Below are positions 30,806 to 39,404 of a stretch of DNA of 64,000 bases, in pieces. Each line of letters opens with the position of its first letter. Positions within the stretch are counted from its first letter, which is position 1. Source of the stretch: Eubacteriales bacterium (GTDB taxonomy: Bacteria > Bacillota > Clostridia > Oscillospirales > UMGS1783); NCBI GenBank assembly GCA_045595395.1, contig JAZOAH010000016.1:128212-192211 (forward strand), given 5' to 3'. A model generated the notes under the pieces. The model was not told the origin of the DNA and did no database searches. It was given only the letters and a program-made list of their open reading frames with translations. The translations under genes were made by a program, and so were the position numbers.

Positions 30806-32350
30806 TTATTCAATCACAAAGGGCAACTTACCTTTAGCCTGACGGCGACCGGACAGCACTTCAAAGGCATATCCCTGAGAGTCCTCCATCATGTAGCCAT
30901 AAATACGACGCTTCTGCGGCGTCAAATACTTCAAAGCAAAGGGGTTACCAAAATGCACCACAGCCGCAACCTTGCCCGAACGCGACAGAGCATTGATCAC
31001 CACCTCGGTGCGACGGGTCAGACCGTCGGTTCCCAGATAGCTGGTGGTGGTGCAGAAGGTTACAAACACCGCCTGATTATATCCGGTGGCAGCCGTCAGC
31101 ACACGGTCATGATCACGCTGCATGCTGAATTCCGGCAAAAACTCAATATCGGCGTTGGGAAATTCACGATGAATAGCCTCAACAACACGATCGGGATTAT
31201 ACCATTTACCCGTCTGGATCTCATGGTTATCCGTCGGATCGTAATTGTTTTCGGTCAGAACGATGAACAAGGTCTTTTCGTTCTTGTCAATGGCCACATC
31301 GACACCGTCGGTGATAGCCGTAATGCAATCGGCGGCAAGGCCACGAAGCTTTTTCTCATCCTCGGCACTAAACGGGCAAATACCCTGCTGCTGTCCCACA
31401 AATGCCTGAGCCGCCTGTACACGGCGTACTGCCTCATTCAAACGCTCATCACTGATCATGCCGTCTTCATAATTCTTTTTGAGCATTTCAAAGCATTCAC
31501 GCGAAGAGCTGCGGAAGTTGGGCAGTACAATATCGTTACCGGCGGCAATCGCCATACCGTAAACATTCTCCTCACCAAACTTCTGCAAAATACCCATCAT
31601 GGCAAACGAATCGGTATAACACAGACCGTCAAAGCCCATGTTGCGGATAATATCAAGCACCTTTTTGGAGAGCGACGCCGGATAGTCAGGGTCAATATTA
31701 ACATATTTGGTATGGTTGACCATGATGGACGGCAATAATCCCTTGCTCATCAGATACTGATAGGGAATCAGGTCGAACTCCTTAAGCTCCTTCTCCGTCA
31801 GGTAGGATTCGCCTTCAGCCATATGGGTATCCATCGGGTCTTCACATGAGCCGGGATAATGCTTGGCACAGGGCATGAAATGATGCTTCATCATTTCGGT
31901 ATACATTACTTCCAGCTTGCGCGACACCTTGTGCGGATCATCGGAAAGCTTGCGATAAACGCTGCACGGCGCATCGCCACGGCAAATATCGGCGATTTGA
32001 CCCCATGTCGCATTCAAGCCGGCCTTCTGCGACTCACTGACAACACCACGCACATAGGCGAGCAACGACTCGTCATCTTCGCAAGCACCCAGCGTCATCA
32101 GCTGCGTTTTGGGCAGCTCAGACGGCGGCCAGCCCTGCTCGGTATCGTTAACAATGATAATCGGATAATCGGCCGCTTCCTTGATTCTCTGAGCGATCGT
32201 CAGGTCATTATAGGGAACCTGAACGGCACCTACTGCGTGCTTTTTGACCATTTCCAGTGCAAAATCCACGTCATCCTGGCGCTGCGCCACCAATCGATAA
32301 CAGAGCACATGCCCCAGCTTTTGTTCGATTGTCATCTCTTCAATCTTCAT
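30806..32350 (-). CDS. Cytoplasmic glycoside hydrolase family 3 protein (NagZ/beta-glucosidase-like)
   Basis: No signal peptide. AKHYPGSCEDPMDTH matches the GH3 KH(F/Y)PG..D.H motif, and MGFDGLCYTDSFAMMG matches the nucleophile-Asp motif (GFxGxxxSD/TD). Its start overlaps the activase 3' end by 11 nt. Confidence 0.8.
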   Translation of the reverse strand: MKIEEMTIEQKLGHVLCYRLVAQRQDDVDFALEMVKKHAVGAVQVPYNDLTIAQRIKEAADYPIIIVNDTEQGWPPSELPKTQLMTLGACEDDESLLAYVRGVVSESQKAGLNATWGQIADICRGDAPCSVYRKLSDDPHKVSRKLEVMYTEMMKHHFMPCAKHYPGSCEDPMDTHMAEGESYLTEKELKEFDLIPYQYLMSKGLLPSIMVNHTKYVNIDPDYPASLSKKVLDIIRNMGFDGLCYTDSFAMMGILQKFGEENVYGMAIAAGNDIVLPNFRSSSRECFEMLKKNYEDGMISDERLNEAVRRVQAAQAFVGQQQGICPFSAEDEKKLRGLAADCITAITDGVDVAIDKNEKTLFIVLTENNYDPTDNHEIQTGKWYNPDRVVEAIHREFPNADIEFLPEFSMQRDHDRVLTAATGYNQAVFVTFCTTTSYLGTDGLTRRTEVVINALSRSGKVAAVVHFGNPFALKYLTPQKRRIYGYMMEDSQGYAFEVLSGRRQAKGKLPFVIE

Positions 32351-33128
32351 GATCTTCTCCTGATTGATTTATTTTTTGGTAGATCCGAGCCAAAAGATCA
32401 GCATCGGGCACCTGAAATTCTTCCTGCGGCGCAAGACCCAGTCGTTCCGCCTTGGACAATCCCGTCCGATGATAGGGCATCAACTGCACCCGCATCTTGG
32501 GATATTTCTTTTTAAGATCGGCGATCTTTTGAATGAAATCATCATCCAGATTACCCCCGGGCACAATGGGACATCGCAAGACAATGTCAGCCCCCAGGTT
32601 GTATAATACATCTAAATTTTTCAGGATCAGGGTATCCTCTACCCCCGTCAATTCCTTATGCCGAGCGGTAGAGGCCTTGCAGTCGAAGAGGAAGCAGTCG
32701 CACAGCGGTGCGATCTTCTCATAATGCTCGGTCTTGGCATGGCCGCAGGTCTCCATCATAAAGGAGATCCCTTCGGCCTTTGCTGCCTGCGCCAGCCCAT
32801 AACACAGATCAAACTGCGCCATTGGCTCGCCGCCGCTGACCGTCAGCCCGCCGTCTTCCCCATAAAAAGGCTTATCCCGACGAACTGTCTGCATGATCTG
32901 CTCGACAGTCATTTCCTCACCGACCACGTGCCGTGCCCCGGTGGGACAGCCTTCCTTGCACCGACCGCAGCCGATGCACAGCTCACTATGGAATTCTTCC
33001 TGCGCTTGGAAGGACAAGGATTCGATATTATGGCACCATTTACAGCGCAAGGGACAGCCCTTGAAAAAGACGCAGGTGCGAATGCCCGCTCCGTCGTCGG
33101 TGCAATACCGTTGAATATTAAATATCAT
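32340..33128 (-). CDS. Glycyl-radical enzyme activating protein (radical SAM)
   Basis: IQRYCTDDGAGIRTCVFFKGCPLRCKWCHN (the CX3CX2C radical-SAM cluster) and one ferredoxin-like insert (CIGCGRCKEGCP). Start ATG 33128 lies 1 nt after the GRE stop. Confidence 0.9.
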   Translation of the reverse strand: MIFNIQRYCTDDGAGIRTCVFFKGCPLRCKWCHNIESLSFQAQEEFHSELCIGCGRCKEGCPTGARHVVGEEMTVEQIMQTVRRDKPFYGEDGGLTVSGGEPMAQFDLCYGLAQAAKAEGISFMMETCGHAKTEHYEKIAPLCDCFLFDCKASTARHKELTGVEDTLILKNLDVLYNLGADIVLRCPIVPGGNLDDDFIQKIADLKKKYPKMRVQLMPYHRTGLSKAERLGLAPQEEFQVPDADLLARIYQKINQSGEDHED

Positions 33129-33129
33129 C

Positions 33130-35322
33130 TTAATACTCGGTCCGATCAATGATCTCCTGCTGCAAGGTCGGGGTCAATCGCACAAAATAGTCGCTGTATC
33201 CGCCGATGCGCACGATCAGATCGCCATGCTGTTCCGGATTCTCTTTGGCGTCGATGAGTGTCTGTCGATCAACGACATTGACCTGCATTTCCAAACCGCC
33301 CCGTTCTACAAAGGTGCGGACCAACTGCACGAATTTCTTCTGATTCTCGCCTCTGAGATTGTCTTTACCGAATTTGATATTGACCACCATGCCGCCCAAA
33401 AACTCTTTCTGATCCCAAGAGCTCAGCGACAAGATCATAGCCGTCGGTCCGTGGGTATCTCTACCCTGTACCGGCGAACAACCGTCAGAGTAAGAATAGA
33501 ACGCCTTTCTTCCATCGAAGGTGGCGCCCATCTTCGAGCCACGGATGGCATGACCGATATAGGAGAAGGAACCCGGCTGCATACGGCTGCCGCCCAGCAT
33601 CGGCTCGTGGAAGATACGCTTGATGCCCTCCGCCAATACCTCAGCTACGCAGTCGGCCGACTCGTCGTCATTACCGTAGTGCGGCAGATGATTGATGATG
33701 GTTTGACGCAGCACCTCTTCATCCTCAAAATTCTTGCTGATTATATCATAGAATTGAGAGAGCGTCAATGTGTTATTCTTATATACCAATTCCCGAATCG
33801 CCACCAAAGAATCGACGGCATTGGAGAAGCCCAGGAAGACCGGCTGCAAGAACATATACCGCTCGCCGCCCTCGACGATACTGCGTCCACGCCCGATGCA
33901 ATCCTCCACCAAGCAGCATACACGCATCGGGTCATTGCTGTTACGGCTGGCTTCGAGCATGCGTGAGAAATAGGCAAACGGCTTGCTCTTTACATCCTTT
34001 TTCAGCGCCTGGATATACAACTCCTCTAATTGATGATAGTCGGCACAGTCGAGGTTGGCCGCAACCGTCTCCACCAGGATGCGGGGCAGGTCGATCGAAA
34101 AGGCCGTCGAATGGGCACGGGAACGTCCCACTACGCTGATCTCGGCGCAGGTGGTATGAATATAATTGACCGAATCCTCAACCGACACCCCATAGTCACG
34201 CAACGACTGCACAATGCTCTCATCGTTATAGAAGGCCGGATGGGTCACGCCGTGAGAAAGAACTTCGGCGGCATACAGCAGAAGATCCTCGCTCGTCTGC
34301 TTGTTGACCGCCAAGGCACCGTTGGGGTCAGGCTGACGAATATGGTCAAGCGCCGTAATAAACATATAGGTCAGGTCGTTTTCGACCAGATTTCCGTCCT
34401 TATCCTGTCCACCTACGATAAAGCCGCTGGCCGAACGGGAGAAGACACGGGTCGATACACCCAGACACAGGCTGTCAACCATATCCTGCGCCTCTTGCTT
34501 GGTGAGTCTGCCCTCTTCCATATCCTTCTTATAGAAAGGATAGAGATAACGGTCGGGGCGGCCCAAGGGATAGAGACCGAACAGATTGCTTAAGAAGAAA
34601 TGTACGCTTTGGATGGCTTCATGGAAGGTGGTGGCAGGCTCGGCAGGCACCTTCTGCATCACCGCCGCTATACGAAGCAGCTCCGATTTTCTCGGCTCGG
34701 CTGCCGTTTCGGCCAACTCGGCCGCCTTCTTGGCATAGCGAGAAGCCAGATCGAGCACAGCATCCAACTCGATCAGACAGCAACGATAGAATTCATCCTT
34801 TCGAACCACCTCAAACTCCGGGTAGACATCCACATCGTCATAGTCCAATTTATCCATCTGCGCCTGGATCTCAGCCTTGAGCCCATTGATGCCCAAACGT
34901 AACAACTTCTCCAGATCCAATGATAAATGAGTATTGCGCAGACCGAACATCTCAAGCGTCGACGAGGACATGATAAACATATCGCACAACTCATCGTAGC
35001 GCTTTTGTTCCTCCTCGGTATACTCAGGCAGATACAACTGGCCAACCAGCAACTCATCGTCGATAATGATGGGCTGGGCAGCATACAACTCGGCCGCCTC
35101 GGCATAGGAGCGACGCAGACGCGAGGTATAGGCATCGTAATGCTTGAGATATCCCTCCAAAAAGGCCAGGGTTATCCAGCGATCGCCGGTGCAAAAATGG
35201 CGGTACTTTTTATCAATATAAGGATTCGTCTCCTGCGGAACGGGCAGCTTGGCATATTCCACCTTCAGCTTTTGCAGGCGATCACTGATCGGTAATGGTT
35301 GATACGTCATGATACGATTCAT
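33130..35322 (-). CDS. Glycyl radical enzyme, PFL2/dehydratase-like, substrate unknown
   Basis: C-terminal glycyl-radical motif VRIGGYSDYFVRL (Gly708), a candidate thiyl loop HTTCAEISV (Cys392-x-Glu394; the Cys-to-Gly distance matches PFL), and HYGNDD and THGPTA motifs. 730 aa. An alternative start at ATG 35310 is possible. Confidence 0.9.
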   Translation of the reverse strand: MNRIMTYQPLPISDRLQKLKVEYAKLPVPQETNPYIDKKYRHFCTGDRWITLAFLEGYLKHYDAYTSRLRRSYAEAAELYAAQPIIIDDELLVGQLYLPEYTEEEQKRYDELCDMFIMSSSTLEMFGLRNTHLSLDLEKLLRLGINGLKAEIQAQMDKLDYDDVDVYPEFEVVRKDEFYRCCLIELDAVLDLASRYAKKAAELAETAAEPRKSELLRIAAVMQKVPAEPATTFHEAIQSVHFFLSNLFGLYPLGRPDRYLYPFYKKDMEEGRLTKQEAQDMVDSLCLGVSTRVFSRSASGFIVGGQDKDGNLVENDLTYMFITALDHIRQPDPNGALAVNKQTSEDLLLYAAEVLSHGVTHPAFYNDESIVQSLRDYGVSVEDSVNYIHTTCAEISVVGRSRAHSTAFSIDLPRILVETVAANLDCADYHQLEELYIQALKKDVKSKPFAYFSRMLEASRNSNDPMRVCCLVEDCIGRGRSIVEGGERYMFLQPVFLGFSNAVDSLVAIRELVYKNNTLTLSQFYDIISKNFEDEEVLRQTIINHLPHYGNDDESADCVAEVLAEGIKRIFHEPMLGGSRMQPGSFSYIGHAIRGSKMGATFDGRKAFYSYSDGCSPVQGRDTHGPTAMILSLSSWDQKEFLGGMVVNIKFGKDNLRGENQKKFVQLVRTFVERGGLEMQVNVVDRQTLIDAKENPEQHGDLIVRIGGYSDYFVRLTPTLQQEIIDRTEY

Positions 35323-35430
35323 CCTTTCTATTCCGTAGTAAAGATTCTTAATACATTCACAGTATACGCTATAAAAGTTCTTTTGTATAGGATTAAATTA
35401 CGAAAAATAGGAAATTTATAAACTAAATTT

Positions 35431-35462
35431 AAAAAATGGCAGAGAGTTTCACCTCTCTGCCA
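35431..35462 (-). terminator. Intrinsic terminator after the GH36-like gene
   Basis: tggcagagag-tttcac-ctctctgcca forms a 10-bp stem followed on the minus strand by tttttt. It separates the GH36 gene from the GRE operon. Confidence 0.85.
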
Positions 35463-35468
35463 CTTTCT

Positions 35469-38400
35469 TTATTTTGCCGTGTAATAGATCAGATACGACG
35501 TACCGGCATTCTGATAGGAAACCGATATACCGTCAGTCATCAGCTCTTCTCCCGTCCTGGTCCACGTATCGCCCGTATCGGCGTTCGTCACATCATACTC
35601 GCTGTTGGGATTGAGGCCGCGCAGACAATAGGTATCAGTCAATGTCGTTCCTTCCAACGGACAGAAGGTCATCACATAACCTGCGTCCTTCTCCGGCGCA
35701 TAGAACTGGTAGGCGGCATTTTTTTCATCCATATTCTGTTCCCAGTCATCTGCATAGCCGCAGTTACTCGAATAACCAATATCATCGTGAATACCGTAGG
35801 AAAGCATATAATAATCGCCTAACATATATTCCTGATAATCCTCGTATTGATCAAGGATCGGCACCAACCACTCGGCACTATTGATAAGTCCGCCGCTTAC
35901 CGGGTGTACTGCACCCATAACAGAACGCATGTTGTAGGCCTTGTCGTTATACTGCCCGCCTTGACCATCACCGTCCGGATCGCCATCTCCATACCACGGA
36001 TAACCGCCGGCGTGGATGGGCAGCCACCAGGTCAGATTGAAGTTGATCGAACGCTTACCGTCAACGATACTGTGTGCCGGATCATTCGGGTGATCGATGC
36101 AATCGGTTCGCCACAGCGGCACCGACCGCTTCATCATTTCAATATCCAGACGACGACCGCCCGAAGCGCAGTTATCAATGAACAGACCCGGATTGCGCTC
36201 GACCAGCTCATCAAAGAAACGATACAAGTTGGTAATGTACATGATCTCGGTCATGCCTGGGTCACGACTCATCTTTTCATCCTGAGCAGTCCAATACGCA
36301 TTCGGACTGATGTTGAAGTCGTGTCGATACCAGGTGATGTTATTCTCCTGAATAAAATTACTGATAAAAGTGATCATGAACTCGCAGGCATCGTCGTTGG
36401 AGAAATCAAAAAGAAGATCGTTAGACCCCTCAATGGAAATGAAGAAATCATCCGAACACTGCTCGGTAATCCACGAGCCGTTCTTGGCACGTTCCGGCTC
36501 AAACCAAAGCAGCAGCTCCATATCATTCTCTTTCAGATAGTTGCTTACCTCCGATAAGCCATTGGGGAAGCGTGTGTCGTTGAAATACCAGTTGCCGACT
36601 TCATTCTCCCAATCACCGCTCAACCAATCGGTACTCGTATCTATATTTCCAAACCACGAGGCGTCGATCCACAGTCCCTCAACGTCCAATCCGGCTGTTT
36701 TGGCTTGCTCAAGCGCTTCAATAATTTCGTCCTCGTTGTCCTCACCATTCAACGAAATAAAGTTCGGAACCTCGACGATTTGGCCATTCTCGTCTTTGGG
36801 AGTATAGGATTTGAGCATCAAATCACGGAAATTGTTATGACCGGTATCGCTATCCCCATTAAAGAATTGGAGGGTAATGCTGGGCGTGCGGATCTCTTCA
36901 CCGTCATTGAGTGTAATTATTGTGTCGTCCTTAAATCCGGCCGACAGATCGACCGTGCCGTTGGCGTAGGTAAAGTCAGCCTGCCAGTTACCCGTCCATC
37001 CGATGGCACCCATCACACCCTTCGTACCGTTGGAAATTTCAAAATACGGGAAAGCCACATCGGAGGAGCGTCCATCCGGCTCTTTAGGATTATCCGGGTG
37101 ATTTGCACCTTCGGGCAAACTGAAACTTCCCTTTTCCGCCAGATCAATGAAGATCGGCTGAAAATCAGTTATGGCGGCCTTCGAGCCATATGCCGTGATC
37201 AACTGCGCATCCGAGATGTCCAGCGAACTGTTCAATGGTTTGATATTGATAAAGGAAGGATTTGGATGAGTTCCGCTACTCTCTTTCTTGATATGTACCG
37301 TCCAAGAAAGGGCAGCCATCTCTTCGTCTAAGGTAATATCGGCCCATACTATAAACTTACCACTCTCGTTGGCCTCTTGATCCGTTTCGTATCTGAGAGT
37401 CCACTCGGTGTCACTGGGAGTCTCAATCGTTTTCTTCCAGCGGGAGAGGGTATCAATGTTGAGATCAGTGCAGAAGAGGGAAAACAGCGTGTCTTCTTCA
37501 ATCTGCGCTTCCAGCCAGGCTCTGGCATCGGCTGCCGCAGCGCTGTTATTATAATAGGTCTTCACATCGCCGATAGCCTCCACGCCGGTCCCGGAAACAA
37601 ATTTCGGCTTAGCGGCAAGCGAAACAAAGTTGGTCACATTTTCAAAGCCATAGACCCGCAACACGATGACATAATTTCTCGTAGCATCTGCCTGCATTGC
37701 TTCGGCATAGGTCGTAAGGATCGAGGAAGGAATGCCCACCGGGATCGTTTTCTGATGGTTGAGCGTAAGATCCATGGTCATGGTAATGTCGGCATTCTCC
37801 GCATCAGCCAACAGCTCATAGCCCTTCAGTGAATCAAATTTCAGATGGACACCGAATTTTACCTCATAGGCATCCGGATCGGGCTTCATGGCATGCTTGA
37901 TCGTATACGAGAATAGGCGATATCCGCCAAAATCTGTATCATATAGGGGCATCGCCTGATTACCGGATTGCAGAACCAGATGATTCTCGCCCGGCTGATT
38001 CTTTTCTATGACAATACCACCCTTGGCTTCGGCCGTGTCCGTGACCTGGCCAAACGAGATCATATCACCCAAAACCGTAAGCGTGTGACCGTTAAGATCC
38101 AGGGTAGCACCAGCCATGACATAAAGATTGTTAACGCTCTTAGTCTCATCCAGCGTAACATTCGCACTATATGTCGTCCATGCTTCAGTTGCACGGCCAT
38201 CGGTCAGCGTAACAAGCGCTTCATCATTATCATCTGTCTGCGTATCTCGATGCTTATTGGCACTGAGCAGCTTATTATCTTTACCGATAACAACCGAACT
38301 GTCGATCGTGGAGTCACATAGTTCGTGGCAACTGGCGCCGGCCACACCCTGATCGGTCAGCCAAATAAACGTACCGTCAGGAACCGAGTAAGGCGCTTCT

Positions 38401-38852
38401 CCCCACGGCTCATCATGCATATGGTTTGAGGTATTGGCCTCGGGGCAGCGATTAAAAACAGCAAACCAAAGATCGCTATACCCCTCGGTATCCGCTTTCG
38501 CAGCCATCAACTCAGCAGCACCGTACAACTGCCAATACTTGCCTGAGTCGTGGTCGCAAGGACCGTTAGGCCAGTTATTGGCTATGACGATCTTCTGCTT
38601 ATTTTTGATCATGACCGGATAGGAGAATTCCAACGCTACTGTAACCTGAGTGTCCGTGATCTCTGTCACGGTTCCGCTTTCGAGCGAAACTAAGTCTTCC
38701 GAATCATGCCAATACTGAACATCAAAACTGGTGTCTAAACTGACCCCGGTCGTTGCCGTATCGGTAGCACTGGCCGCATAAGACAGCCCAAACAGCATAC
38801 ATACTACCAGAACTAACAGCAAAATCTTTTTAGCCGATCTTATCTTTTTCAT
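35469..38852 (-). CDS. Large secreted protein with a C-terminal GH36-like (clan GH-D, alpha-galactosidase family) catalytic region
   Basis: Signal peptide MKKIRSAKKILLLVLVVCMLFGLSYAASA (start set at ATG 38852). The C-terminal half carries WIDASWFG, WFEPERA, WYRHDFN and NCASGGRRLD, resembling the GH36 KWDMN / CSGGGGR motifs. The N-terminal ~560 aa has no recognised domain. Confidence 0.7.
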   Translation of the reverse strand: MKKIRSAKKILLLVLVVCMLFGLSYAASATDTATTGVSLDTSFDVQYWHDSEDLVSLESGTVTEITDTQVTVALEFSYPVMIKNKQKIVIANNWPNGPCDHDSGKYWQLYGAAELMAAKADTEGYSDLWFAVFNRCPEANTSNHMHDEPWGEAPYSVPDGTFIWLTDQGVAGASCHELCDSTIDSSVVIGKDNKLLSANKHRDTQTDDNDEALVTLTDGRATEAWTTYSANVTLDETKSVNNLYVMAGATLDLNGHTLTVLGDMISFGQVTDTAEAKGGIVIEKNQPGENHLVLQSGNQAMPLYDTDFGGYRLFSYTIKHAMKPDPDAYEVKFGVHLKFDSLKGYELLADAENADITMTMDLTLNHQKTIPVGIPSSILTTYAEAMQADATRNYVIVLRVYGFENVTNFVSLAAKPKFVSGTGVEAIGDVKTYYNNSAAAADARAWLEAQIEEDTLFSLFCTDLNIDTLSRWKKTIETPSDTEWTLRYETDQEANESGKFIVWADITLDEEMAALSWTVHIKKESSGTHPNPSFINIKPLNSSLDISDAQLITAYGSKAAITDFQPIFIDLAEKGSFSLPEGANHPDNPKEPDGRSSDVAFPYFEISNGTKGVMGAIGWTGNWQADFTYANGTVDLSAGFKDDTIITLNDGEEIRTPSITLQFFNGDSDTGHNNFRDLMLKSYTPKDENGQIVEVPNFISLNGEDNEDEIIEALEQAKTAGLDVEGLWIDASWFGNIDTSTDWLSGDWENEVGNWYFNDTRFPNGLSEVSNYLKENDMELLLWFEPERAKNGSWITEQCSDDFFISIEGSNDLLFDFSNDDACEFMITFISNFIQENNITWYRHDFNISPNAYWTAQDEKMSRDPGMTEIMYITNLYRFFDELVERNPGLFIDNCASGGRRLDIEMMKRSVPLWRTDCIDHPNDPAHSIVDGKRSINFNLTWWLPIHAGGYPWYGDGDPDGDGQGGQYNDKAYNMRSVMGAVHPVSGGLINSAEWLVPILDQYEDYQEYMLGDYYMLSYGIHDDIGYSSNCGYADDWEQNMDEKNAAYQFYAPEKDAGYVMTFCPLEGTTLTDTYCLRGLNPNSEYDVTNADTGDTWTRTGEELMTDGISVSYQNAGTSYLIYYTAK

Positions 38853-39042
38853 GCAATCATACCTCTGTTCTTGCATTTATTCGAATATTTGTAATCATAT
38901 TCAGTTTTATTATACATAACATCCGGCCATTCGTCAACAACTTTTTCCTCGACATATTCTAAACGGCTCGTCACATAGTAAATGCGTCAAAAGCCATTTT
39001 GCTCGTTGCTTCAATACGCCGGCGTTACCCCCTCTGTTCTTG

Positions 39043-39071
39043 TGTTATTTCCCCTTCCCGGCGCATAGACT
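39043..39071 (+). promoter_or_regulatory. Candidate sigma-E-type sporulation promoter of spoIIID
   Basis: TGTTATT-N14-CATAGACT compared with the remembered sigma-E consensus kmATATT-N14-CATACAhT. It ends about 30 nt before the spoIIID ATG. Confidence 0.35.
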
Positions 39072-39101
39072 GTAGCAAAACCCGTCTATGGGAGGTTTTC
39101 A

Positions 39102-39392
39102 ATGAAAGGACAGCCGGAGGACAGGGCGGTCGAGCTCGCCCATTACATAATCGAGAACGGGGCGACGGTGCGTGCCGCCGCCAAAAGGCACGGCATATCA
39201 AAAAGCACCGTCCATAAGGACATTACCGAACGCCTGCCCCGCATCAGCGGCAGCCTGGCCGAGCAAGTCAAGCAAGTGCTCAATTATAACAAAGCGCAGC
39301 GCCATCTGCGTGGCGGTGAGGCAACCAGACAAAAATATGAGCAGATCGCCATCGTAAAAAAAACACGCACTAAAAAAACGGAATCGTTATGA
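39102..39392 (+). CDS. spoIIID: Sporulation transcriptional regulator SpoIIID
   Basis: TVRAAAKRHGISKSTVHKDITERLP..LNYNKAQRHLRGGEATRQKYE aligns almost residue for residue with B. subtilis SpoIIID (TVRVIAKEFGVSKSTVHKDLTERLP..HLRGGEATKLKY). Confidence 0.93.
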   Translation: MKGQPEDRAVELAHYIIENGATVRAAAKRHGISKSTVHKDITERLPRISGSLAEQVKQVLNYNKAQRHLRGGEATRQKYEQIAIVKKTRTKKTESL

Positions 39393-39404
39393 TTCCGTTT
39401 TTTT
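39372..39404. terminator. Bidirectional terminator formed by the overlapping 3' ends of spoIIID and the AraC gene
   Basis: aaaaaaacggaatc-gttat-gattccgttttttt forms a 14-bp stem. Both stop codons (TGA 39390-92, TAA 39389-87) lie in the loop. Confidence 0.8.

Noticed and set aside
33130-35322. Calling the GRE a pyruvate formate-lyase, or the fucose-linked 1,2-propanediol dehydratase.
   Set aside because: - The thiyl loop is Cys-Ala-Glu, not the Cys-Cys of PFL.
- As far as I recall, the propanediol dehydratase GRE is about 840 aa. It is encoded with microcompartment shell genes and aldehyde dehydrogenase, and none of these is present.
- The operon partner here is a GH3.
- The substrate is therefore left open.
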